This document shows, in pieces, positions 38,208 to 47,563 of a DNA stretch of 64,000 nucleotides. Source of the stretch: a virus. The first letter of the stretch is position 1, and each line of letters starts with the position of its first letter. The translations under genes and the position numbers were made by a program. The DNA is taken from positions 32,001 through 96,000 of IMG/VR virus record IMGVR_UViG_3300027763_000037, one strand, 5' to 3'. The notes beneath the pieces were generated by a model. The model saw nothing but the letters and a program-made list of their open reading frames with translations, was not told the DNA's origin and searched no databases.

Positions 38208-38645
38208 TTAGTTTTCCAATGCTGCTTTTAGTTCATCTGGTGTTGCAAGTCTAATATGATCACGAGACAACCACTTATCAGCAGCAGCCTTAGTAACAAT
38301 ATTAAATCCACGATAAACCTTGCCAGCCTCTGGCCATGAAACATTTCTTGTAGAATGAATTGCGACCTTGTCAGAATTATCAGCCTTTGGAGCGTCTGAT
38401 GGCTTTGGACCATCTGCTGCCATTGAACCAATAGCACCACTCTTTAGAAAGCCTAGGGCCTGATCAGGAGCCTTTGGGGCCTCTGCTACAACTGGTGTTG
38501 GATCTTCAACAGGAAGAGTTCTTGGCTCTACCGCAATTTCTACAACTGGTGTTTCTACAACCTCTGGTGCTGGAGTTTCTACAACTTCTTCTACTGGAAG
38601 AACTGTTGAATCTTCTGTTACGTTTTCATTAAAATTATTTTCCAT
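38208..38645 (-). CDS. Hypothetical protein with acidic Pro/Val/Glu-rich N-terminus
   Basis: ORF with AAGGAGG RBS and own extended -10. Confidence 0.7.
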   Translation of the reverse strand: MENNFNENVTEDSTVLPVEEVVETPAPEVVETPVVEIAVEPRTLPVEDPTPVVAEAPKAPDQALGFLKSGAIGSMAADGPKPSDAPKADNSDKVAIHSTRNVSWPEAGKVYRGFNIVTKAAADKWLSRDHIRLATPDELKAALEN

Positions 38646-38675
38646 TATATCCTCCTTGTTTGTATTATATCATTA

Positions 38676-38714
38676 AAGTATTAAGGGGGACAGGAGAGTG
38701 AACTCCCGCCCCCC
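38676..38714 (-). terminator. Terminator hairpin after capsid gene
   Basis: GGGGGGCGGGAG-UUCACU-CUCCUGUCCCCC followed by U/A-rich tail. Confidence 0.75.
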
Positions 38715-38735
38715 ATTAAAGGTACTGTTTACAGA

Positions 38736-39866
38736 TTACTCTGCTGCAGCGTCAGCGAATGCGATTGCATCCTCTTCTTCCCACTGAATACCAAAGCGGA
38801 CGAATACTGTGTACTCAATTGTGTCCTTCTTTGCTACGTATTCACGGTTTACAGTGATGTCACGCTGGAATCCCCATACACGGTTTGCAGGGAATGTCAA
38901 GTCGATATAGCCTGCTGGGTAGTAAGGAACTTCCTGAACTTCAATTCCGAGAACACGTGTTGTACGTGCTCCACCGAATGTCTGTCCGATACCATCAAGG
39001 TATGACTGGCGGTTTGCCTGGGTTGATCCTGGCATCTGGCCTGCAAATGCTTCTGCAACTGCATCAGCAAGGGTACCGTTATTCTTAACGATTCCTCCGA
39101 ATGCATCTGTACCTGCGTAGAACTTAAGATTGTTCTTAAGTGCACGGTACTTACGTGGCATTGCATTGATGATGCCCTGCATTACATCAGGTGTCCAAGC
39201 ATTATCTGCTACGGTTACTACTGACTCATGTGCATCTCCGTTTGTCTTTACCTTCTTGATAAAGCCTGGCATGATTGACAAGAATGCTCCTGTTGCACCA
39301 TCACCATTGATAGCGAGATCTTCGATATCATTTGCGAATGCGTTGGTCATCAAGCGTACTAAGTGATCTTCTAGAGCGTCACCTTCTACACCATCTTCCA
39401 ATGATTCTGCTGTTACTTCCCAATCAAGACGAATCTTCTTGGTAGTAAGTTCGACCTTAGAGAATGTTGCACCTGTGTTTGTGTAGTTACCAACTGCTTG
39501 CGCTGCTGCTCTGATTACACGCTCACCGACGTTTACCTTCTCAAGTTCCATAGAATTAGCCTTCATTGTTACACGACGGCCATCCTTTGCTAATACTGTT
39601 GCATCCCAAACATAGTCGATAAAACGACGTGCCTGCTCGGGGCGCAAAATTCCAGAAGCCGCTGAACCACTAGGGTTAACAGCATTTGCTCCGCTTGTTG
39701 ATCCAAGAGTTGCTGTTGGAATATTACCAAGTGTCGATGCACCTGGATCTGTTACTCCACCAACACCACCTGATGCGAAAGCACCTTGACCCTGGTAAAG
39801 TCCTGGTGCTGTTGCACCTAGATCTCCTGCAGCGCCTGGCTGGTTTTTGATTATTTCTTCTGACAT
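38736..39866 (-). CDS. Major capsid protein (HK97 fold)
   Basis: GILRPEQARRFID, ELTTKK...E.LEDGVEG, DIEDLAINGD; GGAGGTGA RBS; follows protease. Confidence 0.9.
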   Translation of the reverse strand: MSEEIIKNQPGAAGDLGATAPGLYQGQGAFASGGVGGVTDPGASTLGNIPTATLGSTSGANAVNPSGSAASGILRPEQARRFIDYVWDATVLAKDGRRVTMKANSMELEKVNVGERVIRAAAQAVGNYTNTGATFSKVELTTKKIRLDWEVTAESLEDGVEGDALEDHLVRLMTNAFANDIEDLAINGDGATGAFLSIMPGFIKKVKTNGDAHESVVTVADNAWTPDVMQGIINAMPRKYRALKNNLKFYAGTDAFGGIVKNNGTLADAVAEAFAGQMPGSTQANRQSYLDGIGQTFGGARTTRVLGIEVQEVPYYPAGYIDLTFPANRVWGFQRDITVNREYVAKKDTIEYTVFVRFGIQWEEEDAIAFADAAAE

Positions 39867-39889
39867 ATTGTCACCTCCTAGTGATTTGT

Positions 39890-41230
39890 TCATTTGAATA
39901 GATCGGCTGTTTTGAGGAAACTACCGCCCCATAGGGATTTTTCAACCATTTCAGGTTGAGACTGAAAGATATCGCCGATATCTCCAGACTTTCGGAATGC
40001 GGTTTCTGCTTCCACAGCGTCTACTCGTTTTCCAAATTCATTAAATTCACCTGAAACTGCTGCAATATCTTTTGCAACTGCTTCAAACGAACTCTTTACT
40101 GTATCAACATCTACCTTTGAAGACTTAAGAAGTTCTACTTCTGCTTGCAAAGACTTAACTGTTGACAATAGATCGCTAAAGGCTGATGTTAGATTATTCT
40201 TGATTTCGGTAATTGCTTCAGCAACTACGTCATCTGACTTAGATACATCTGCGTCTGCGTCTGCTACTTCTTCAACTGTTTCTGCAACTGGTGCTTCTTC
40301 AGTCTCTGCTGCTGGTGCTTCATCTGATTTAACAACATCTGTTGTTTCAATCTCTTCTGCTTTTGCAACCTCTTCTGTAACTTCTTCAACCACGGCATCT
40401 GCCTCTGGAGCGACCACAACATCTTCAACTACATCAGTCTTTTCAACTTTTGCTTTTGCTTTTGTCATAGGACTTACCTCCTTGTTAATCTTAGAAGTAT
40501 TAATGCCTTTAGCACTATCAACTAAGAATTTTATCATTTCTATTTTTTCATTATCCGTTTTTTCAACGAACCCTATATTTTCCATTGCTTCTCCAGAAGT
40601 TGGGCTGACTTCGGATTCATTTTCTGAAACCATAACGATACCAGATTCTTTATCATAAAAAACATTTTCTAATACTGTTTCATCTGCTTTAATAACATCT
40701 ACGCCATCAACTTTTTCAACAGAAACAATATTTGCAAATTGATTTGCTGGTGAATCTACAAGACTTAACTCTACCAAATCATATTGCTTAATAATTCTAA
40801 TTTGTGTGTCTGACTTTTCATCATATCCGTCATCCCACTTATTCATTCTTCCGCCAATAGAAAAACCAGCAAGAGTTCCATCTAGAACTTTTTCCCAAGT
40901 ATCTTGTGCACCCTTTGAAACATATGCAGATACAAATACTCCATTATAGAATTTCTTTGTTTCTGGATCAAAGTATTTTTCTGCTTTGAAGTCTACCATC
41001 TTGCCTACTGCTAATGGCTGATGCATTTCTCTAATGTTCCCACGGAATTTTGCAAATGCTTCCATAGATGCTTCTGCTGTTACAATATCATTTTGCTTAT
41101 CAATGTTATCAAGGGACGCAAAACCAGATACGGTACGTCGCTCTTTGTCTACCTTGCTAAAAGGCATTGAAAGACGCAGATTGTCCCCATCTGAATTCCA
41201 ATGGGCCTTGGATATATTGCTCACCATCAT
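39890..41230 (-). CDS. Prohead protease fused to acidic scaffold domain
   Basis: REMH, GFSIGG, ELSLVDSPAN protease motifs, then Glu/Ala-rich and coiled-coil tail; exact start uncertain. Confidence 0.88.
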   Translation of the reverse strand: MMVSNISKAHWNSDGDNLRLSMPFSKVDKERRTVSGFASLDNIDKQNDIVTAEASMEAFAKFRGNIREMHQPLAVGKMVDFKAEKYFDPETKKFYNGVFVSAYVSKGAQDTWEKVLDGTLAGFSIGGRMNKWDDGYDEKSDTQIRIIKQYDLVELSLVDSPANQFANIVSVEKVDGVDVIKADETVLENVFYDKESGIVMVSENESEVSPTSGEAMENIGFVEKTDNEKIEMIKFLVDSAKGINTSKINKEVSPMTKAKAKVEKTDVVEDVVVAPEADAVVEEVTEEVAKAEEIETTDVVKSDEAPAAETEEAPVAETVEEVADADADVSKSDDVVAEAITEIKNNLTSAFSDLLSTVKSLQAEVELLKSSKVDVDTVKSSFEAVAKDIAAVSGEFNEFGKRVDAVEAETAFRKSGDIGDIFQSQPEMVEKSLWGGSFLKTADLFK

Positions 41231-41279
41231 ATTATAAACCCCTTTTAACAATTATATCACAATGTGGACAAATCGGGCA

Positions 41280-42875
41280 TTAGGGAGTTTTTCTTCCCTC
41301 TCCCTTTGGGCCTCTTCCAGCAACTGTTGATGTGCTGTCTGAATTATTATTTGTTCGTTCCGAATCTCTTGCTCTTGTTGTATTTGCCTCTGCTGCTGCA
41401 GCAGGCTTGAGTTCAAGAACTTCATCTCCACCCTCACGCTGTGGCATATCAAGAACAACACGTGCCTCATTTGGAGTAATGATTTGATTTTTGACATAGC
41501 GTTCAAGAATTTGAGACTGAGCAATTTCATCTGTAAGGGTGAGTTCATTAAATGCAAACTCAAGAATATCTGTCTTTTCTCTAATGACTTTATTGATCAT
41601 TTTCTCAAGTTGTCGCTGGGCTGGTCTTGCTACCTGCTCCTTAAAGGTGCGATCCTGTGCAAGTGCTGCTGCAATAGATCCAGAATCGCCACCTCCAAGT
41701 TTAGATAGTGGCACTTGATGTGCTACCAGGATATCATCACGGTTTTGTTTACGATACTCTTTAAATGAGCCGTCTTGTATACCGTCTTCGATGGGATCCA
41801 TCTTGAATTCAACTTTATTTGTATCGCTATCTCCTGGTAGTGGAATATATAGCGTTCTGTGTGATTGACCTTTTAGACTTGTCTGTAAGAATCTAAACAT
41901 CTTATCTTCTGCGTCACTTGATAGTTTAGCACCCTTTAAAGTAATAACATATCTTGGCACTGCCTTGTTAGCAAAATAATCAATATTGTACTGAGACGCA
42001 AGAGAATCTCCATGTAGAGAATTTATTGCAGACATAATATCTGGCACACCATAAAATGTATTTAGTGGTGAGTATTGTTTAAAATGAATAATCTCATTTG
42101 GTCTTGCATCTGTAGTTAATGGATTCTGATTCTTTGCACCAAAGTTACGGAAGTAAACAATCTTATTTCCAATAATCTGAACATATCCATCTTTAATTCT
42201 TCTAACTCTCATAGTTGTGGAAGGAATATGTCCTACATATCCAATCTCTCCACGAATAGTTCTGCCAATTTCTAGATATCCGTTACCTGTAGACTGTAGA
42301 TCTGTGTAAACCTTTTCCATTGTTGCAGTAAAAGAATCGTCATCATTTAATGACTCTAGCCAGTCTCTTACTTCAATCTTTGCTCTTTCAATTCTCTTAC
42401 GTGCTTTTTGTGTAGCACTGTTATCTTCTGAAGATTCAAGCCTTAACATTGTTCTTGGAGAAACCTTGAACTCATATCCAAGTCCAACAATGTTTTCTAC
42501 CTTGGCATCGATTGCTGCGTGGTTTGCAAATGATGTGTCATAGTAGTTTGCCAATTCATAAAGGTTCCATGGTGGTGTGATAACATCAAACATTCCGTAG
42601 CCGTTTACATATACTAGGCCTGGGTTTATTTCTTTTGACTGTGCTCCGTCAATACCGCTTTTTCCAGCAAGTGCTGCAGTTGTATATTGCGTTGTTGGCT
42701 CAACCATCTTTGTTGAAGATCTGCTTATGCGTCTTTTAAAATTTGCCTCTAGTCCGTCAAGGCCTTTTAGAGTATCCCAGTTTCCGTTAAAAGGATCTGA
42801 TTTTGAAAACAAGTCTTCTGTTCTATTTGATTCATCAATACTTGCTCCGATGATGTATTCGTTATCTTCTGACAT
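41280..42875 (-). CDS. Portal protein
   Basis: GNGYLEI, EIIHFKQY....YGVP, YF.N.AVP, ITPNEAR. Confidence 0.9.
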   Translation of the reverse strand: MSEDNEYIIGASIDESNRTEDLFSKSDPFNGNWDTLKGLDGLEANFKRRISRSSTKMVEPTTQYTTAALAGKSGIDGAQSKEINPGLVYVNGYGMFDVITPPWNLYELANYYDTSFANHAAIDAKVENIVGLGYEFKVSPRTMLRLESSEDNSATQKARKRIERAKIEVRDWLESLNDDDSFTATMEKVYTDLQSTGNGYLEIGRTIRGEIGYVGHIPSTTMRVRRIKDGYVQIIGNKIVYFRNFGAKNQNPLTTDARPNEIIHFKQYSPLNTFYGVPDIMSAINSLHGDSLASQYNIDYFANKAVPRYVITLKGAKLSSDAEDKMFRFLQTSLKGQSHRTLYIPLPGDSDTNKVEFKMDPIEDGIQDGSFKEYRKQNRDDILVAHQVPLSKLGGGDSGSIAAALAQDRTFKEQVARPAQRQLEKMINKVIREKTDILEFAFNELTLTDEIAQSQILERYVKNQIITPNEARVVLDMPQREGGDEVLELKPAAAAEANTTRARDSERTNNNSDSTSTVAGRGPKGEGRKTP

Positions 42876-43261
42876 TAGTCTTCCTCTCCATAAAGAGCGA
42901 TTGTGTCTTTGGCTGCTTGAACAGCACCAAGATCGTTTAGGTTTGGAAGAAGTCCAGACTTCATACGATCTACTTGTTCAGAATATTCTTCTTCTGAAAC
43001 CCTTGTTAACCCTGGAACAAATACGCAAGTTCCGTCTCCTGGATCTCCGTAATGCATTGCAGTCTTTTTTAGTTCTGCCATTCTAGATATATCATTCTTA
43101 TCTGAAGGAATGTTAAGCACAGAGCCATTCCCGTCTGTAAACCATTTTCCATTTGCCTTTTTGTATACATATAAACCCCAGTCATAGTTCTTTTCAATGA
43201 CTTGGCGTCTTACATTCTTTACAATTGGTTGACCAGTTTTTGGGTCTATTAGTGAATCCAT
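42875..43261 (-). CDS. Hypothetical protein
   Basis: Leaderless-type start after TGGTATACT; coupled to portal. Confidence 0.65.
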   Translation of the reverse strand: MDSLIDPKTGQPIVKNVRRQVIEKNYDWGLYVYKKANGKWFTDGNGSVLNIPSDKNDISRMAELKKTAMHYGDPGDGTCVFVPGLTRVSEEEYSEQVDRMKSGLLPNLNDLGAVQAAKDTIALYGEED

Positions 43262-43268
43262 AACCACA

Positions 43269-43277
43269 AGTATACCA
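43269..43277 (-). promoter_or_regulatory. Extended -10, leaderless (portal operon)
   Basis: TGGTATACT 7 nt before ATG 43261. Confidence 0.7.
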
Positions 43278-43279
43278 TA

Positions 43280-46200
43280 CTAGATTGCACTTAGGGTTTG
43301 CGCTGACCAGCCTACATCCGTAGAAATGAAATAATCATAATCTTTTAACGTAAACATGGAATCTGAATCAATAATAACCTTATTTGTTCCAACATAACTC
43401 TTATAAATATCAGAAGGGTCTACTCCGTAGTAAGATTTTGAAGAAAGGACAAGAACTCCGTTCCATAATGCTGGGTACCAGAAAGTCCATGGGTACTCTC
43501 CTTGGGGAGAATATCTAACTCTAAACCAAAGTCTTTTATTAGTCTTTTGAACTTCCTGTAAGTTTGTTGACTGATAATAAGAAATTGTATTCATCATTAG
43601 TGGACCGTTAATATGAAGATATCCAGTTGTACCATAAAAGTATAGTAACTCTGGAAACGATATGCCAAGGAAAGACCATTCATCTATTGATATGACTGGA
43701 TTTGATACAAGTGCTCCATTAAGGTAAAAACCAACTCCATTTTCAAGCGCTCCAGTTTTTGCATTTATAGCGTAGATCTTTGCACGTGTACCATCAGGGT
43801 TGTTTGCAACAAGGTAAAACTTAATATGCTTATTTGAAGATTTTATCTCAAATATCTCAACTTCAGAAAATGGGAATGTGTCGTCTGAATATTTGATGCA
43901 TGCCTGTAAAACCATTAAGTTATAATCTAAAGATTTTGTCTGATTAAGTGGTATAGATATGCCACGGTTGATACTTGGGTTGTTTTGCCCTCTTAGTTCT
44001 ATTCCGCTTCTTTTTGTCAAATAAAGATATGGCGAACTTCCTTTGTAAATAGAAAATGGATTATTAGACTTATAATCATAATAACTTCCAGTCTTTGTAT
44101 AAGGATACATGGGTATTCCAAATCTTGTTCCTACAGCGTTAGGAGATGTATCATTTAATGCTTGAGAAGAATACTGCAAAAACTTAATCATTGGCTTTTT
44201 TATTTTTGCATCTTTAATAAAAAAATCAATATGAGTAACAATGGACACATCATTGACATTAGATGATTTTGGAGGATAAATAATTGAATTATTTACAACT
44301 TCATATTTTGTATTTATCCAATTTGTTTCTGGATAAACTATTCCATCTTTAGGGACTGACTGTGTATTTTCAAAAAATAAGTCAGGCTGATTATAAGAAG
44401 ATGCTGAAAACTTAAAAGAAATATAAGACTTGACTATAGATTTGCTAGTATCATAAGTATATGTTTTTACTGAGTTATTCTTTAAATCATCGTAGTCATC
44501 ATAGCCAGTATAAAGATGATTATCTAAAGAAGAATATTTTTGTGATGTTGGAATTGAGTATTTTTCATATAAAGATTTTATTGTTTTTGTTGTTCCTTCT
44601 ATAAAAACTGTATCACCATATTTCCACGATCCTCCTGAAGTATCGCTTTCTTTTAATTTTTGAGGTGAGTCATAGTCTAAATTAAACTGAATAAAGTCAA
44701 GATTATAATACTCATCTCCTTTTGCGTCTTTTACATATGTTGCTAAATTAGACAAAGGAACTGAATCTTCCCAGTATGAATTTATATCTAGTCCAAGCCT
44801 TAAAATGCCAAAATCTTCTTTTGGAAGCAAGGTGCAACTTGCCATGTGAGTTAAAAGACTATCGTTAATAAATGATGAAGCATTTCCTCCATCGTTAATA
44901 TAGTCAAAATATCCAGACTGGCTACCAAAGTATTTGTCTCCTCCATCTAGTTCTACACTAGAAGGAAATGTTGCAAAAACATCTTCATAGTCTATTGGAA
45001 GTCCAGTTTCATTAAACAAATGCTTAATTTTTAAAGCATTTCTTGCATTGCAAAATCCAACAGTATATATGTTTCCAGAGAATGTTTGATCAAATGACTT
45101 TGTTCCACCTATATAAATTGAAAGAGATCCAATATTGCCAAAAAATGAAGAAACATTTTGTGCATAGTAGTCAGATAAAACTCTGAGATCTATCCCTGCT
45201 GAAAAGATATCATTTACTAATATGTTTTTTGGTGATAGATAAATTATATCTTCCTGCCCACCATAAAACAAAGTATATTTTAATTTAAGATCAACTATGT
45301 CTATTGAAAAATAATTTCCAGAAATTTCATCAACAATTCTAATTAATGACTGAGTTCCTTCTAAAGACTTTGCCTTAAATACTCCATAGATTATGCTGAC
45401 TTCCTCATTTAAAAAACTTAAGTTGTTGTATCTTAAATATCCATTTTCTGAAGACCAACTTGTTATAGGCCTAAATGTGATAAAATTTTCAAATTCATTT
45501 TGAATTGCCAAGCAAGCAGAAAAAAGATCAGACTCTGTTTTACTTGACAAAATAATTTCTGGTAAAGGATATTCTGGAACAGTCAACTTATTTTTATCAA
45601 TAGAAACATTATTGCCAATTCCTTGCGACCAAGTACCAAGAGAGGGGTACGAATAGTTATTAGCATAATTAGCAAAAGCATAATCTATGTAAACAGAAGA
45701 ACCGCTATAGGCTGTATTGATATTTTCTGGAAACTCTACGCCTTGACCATAGATAAATCGTATCTTGCCTAGTTGATCAGAGATTTCATATGGATAGAGT
45801 CCAACGCAGTCAATTGATATATTTGGGATATCTTGGTGTGCATAAAAGCCAATCCAATCTTGATCTTTTGAGTTTGAGTCAAGTTTATTTTGTGGTACGT
45901 AGTTATTTTCTGTTAATTGAAAATCTATAACTTTTTCTCCATTTAGAGATAATGTCGTTCTGCTCTTACTAACATATAAATGAAATAGCATAGGTCTTCC
46001 CCACTCAGCAACATAGTGTGTTTGATAGTTATCCCCAACCTTAAGACCTACAAAGTTTCCATCAACATATATTCCGTCTTCTGAGTTTAACGGGCCTACT
46101 ATTCTTTTCCTATCATAAGTTTTTGAGTTTACATTAGCCCAAAATTCTAAAGTATATTGTTTATTTTTACCAGACTGATTTAAAAATCCATTTCCTGGCA

Positions 46201-47011
46201 ATATCAAAGATGGATTTTCATTATTATAATAAATTTGAGTTGAGTTCTGGGATCCATATACAATAGGAACTCCAAAGTTTTTTGCCTTAAGATTCATTAA
46301 TCCATTAAGAAGATAGTATCCCTTTTGGTCAGATCTTGAGTATGCAAAAGCCTCAATTCCTTTTGTTGCTGTTGTAGAAATTGTTTCTGGTATATTAACA
46401 ATAGAACTTCCCAAAGACCCTGAATGAAATTCTTCACACCATTGCCCAAAAGAAAAACCATTAAGAAGTACAACTATCTCGCTATTTTCTGCATCACCAA
46501 AATAATCAATTTCAAAAACTAGACGCATTGTTACATCGTCTTCTGGTATCCTAAACGTATCACCAATAAATATCCAGGAATCAGTTATTGAAGTATCAAA
46601 AGACTTTAACTTTGTAATAACAGTTCCTGAAGATTCATCAAAGTATTCATATCCTACTGAAAATCTAGAAGCGTTTTGACTAAAAGATTTAAAGTATGCT
46701 CCTATTGCCATAGTCTTTAGAGACTGGTCAAGATCTTTGAAATTTTTAATATCGTCACTCAAATATCTTGTGACGCTTTTAATATTAACTGGAGAAGGAT
46801 TGGCTGTTATTTTTGTTACGATGCTGTTTTCAAATGGAGCATCATCTGTTATGAATAACTCTTTTTGCCCATTATTTACTTTCCAAAAACTTAAGCCTCT
46901 TTGCTCTTCTGATATTTGAGAAACATAGTCTGCTTTATCATCTAAAGACCATAGGACAGTAGGGTGCTGTGCAAACACTTTTTCTGCATATAAATTTGAA
47001 GCAATAGACAT
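43280..47011 (-). CDS. Large virion structural protein with concanavalin/LamG-like domains
   Basis: P...WSLDD N-terminus, YTLEFW beta-sandwich motif, GGAGG RBS. Confidence 0.55.
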   Translation of the reverse strand: MSIASNLYAEKVFAQHPTVLWSLDDKADYVSQISEEQRGLSFWKVNNGQKELFITDDAPFENSIVTKITANPSPVNIKSVTRYLSDDIKNFKDLDQSLKTMAIGAYFKSFSQNASRFSVGYEYFDESSGTVITKLKSFDTSITDSWIFIGDTFRIPEDDVTMRLVFEIDYFGDAENSEIVVLLNGFSFGQWCEEFHSGSLGSSIVNIPETISTTATKGIEAFAYSRSDQKGYYLLNGLMNLKAKNFGVPIVYGSQNSTQIYYNNENPSLILPGNGFLNQSGKNKQYTLEFWANVNSKTYDRKRIVGPLNSEDGIYVDGNFVGLKVGDNYQTHYVAEWGRPMLFHLYVSKSRTTLSLNGEKVIDFQLTENNYVPQNKLDSNSKDQDWIGFYAHQDIPNISIDCVGLYPYEISDQLGKIRFIYGQGVEFPENINTAYSGSSVYIDYAFANYANNYSYPSLGTWSQGIGNNVSIDKNKLTVPEYPLPEIILSSKTESDLFSACLAIQNEFENFITFRPITSWSSENGYLRYNNLSFLNEEVSIIYGVFKAKSLEGTQSLIRIVDEISGNYFSIDIVDLKLKYTLFYGGQEDIIYLSPKNILVNDIFSAGIDLRVLSDYYAQNVSSFFGNIGSLSIYIGGTKSFDQTFSGNIYTVGFCNARNALKIKHLFNETGLPIDYEDVFATFPSSVELDGGDKYFGSQSGYFDYINDGGNASSFINDSLLTHMASCTLLPKEDFGILRLGLDINSYWEDSVPLSNLATYVKDAKGDEYYNLDFIQFNLDYDSPQKLKESDTSGGSWKYGDTVFIEGTTKTIKSLYEKYSIPTSQKYSSLDNHLYTGYDDYDDLKNNSVKTYTYDTSKSIVKSYISFKFSASSYNQPDLFFENTQSVPKDGIVYPETNWINTKYEVVNNSIIYPPKSSNVNDVSIVTHIDFFIKDAKIKKPMIKFLQYSSQALNDTSPNAVGTRFGIPMYPYTKTGSYYDYKSNNPFSIYKGSSPYLYLTKRSGIELRGQNNPSINRGISIPLNQTKSLDYNLMVLQACIKYSDDTFPFSEVEIFEIKSSNKHIKFYLVANNPDGTRAKIYAINAKTGALENGVGFYLNGALVSNPVISIDEWSFLGISFPELLYFYGTTGYLHINGPLMMNTISYYQSTNLQEVQKTNKRLWFRVRYSPQGEYPWTFWYPALWNGVLVLSSKSYYGVDPSDIYKSYVGTNKVIIDSDSMFTLKDYDYFISTDVGWSAQTLSAI

Positions 47012-47032
47012 AGGTCCTCCTAGTCTATTTTA

Positions 47033-47563
47033 TCACACAATCCGTGTAAACCAACGTGGTGTTGTATAGCGGATTCCATCTTCAATCCCTCTAACTCCGT
47101 GAACGTAGTCTGGATTATCTGGGAAACAAAGAAGATCTCCTGGTTCTGGCTTATGGGATATTCCTAATGCTGGGAAATAAATATCTCCACCAACATAATC
47201 ATTATTTAGATACAGGATAGTTGCAATGTCGTTAGGTCTATTCATATCATAGTGTTCGTGCATACCCTCGCCTGGAGTAAACTTTGCAATATGAGTTTTT
47301 TCATCTAAGAATGATTGAAAAGGACCTTCGTAACTACCAACAACAAAATCATAAACTTTTTTAGCATATTCCTGCATAATGTCTAAAATAGACTGATCAT
47401 TTCTTTGTATTTCGTGATAAGTATGAACTGTAAATTCTTTTTCTCCATTACCATATTCTGTAAAAAGAAGTGTGTGAGATTTAGAATATTCTGCAATAGA
47501 TAAAGCCAATTCTTTTGGCATAAACTCTTTTACATATATTACTTTTGATTTTAAGTCTTCCAT
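47033..47563 (-). CDS. Prolyl 4-hydroxylase-like 2OG-Fe(II) oxygenase
   Basis: HYD, ILYLNNDYVGGDIYFP, KPEPG.L..FP, HGV...G.RY. Confidence 0.88.
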   Translation of the reverse strand: MEDLKSKVIYVKEFMPKELALSIAEYSKSHTLLFTEYGNGEKEFTVHTYHEIQRNDQSILDIMQEYAKKVYDFVVGSYEGPFQSFLDEKTHIAKFTPGEGMHEHYDMNRPNDIATILYLNNDYVGGDIYFPALGISHKPEPGDLLCFPDNPDYVHGVRGIEDGIRYTTPRWFTRIV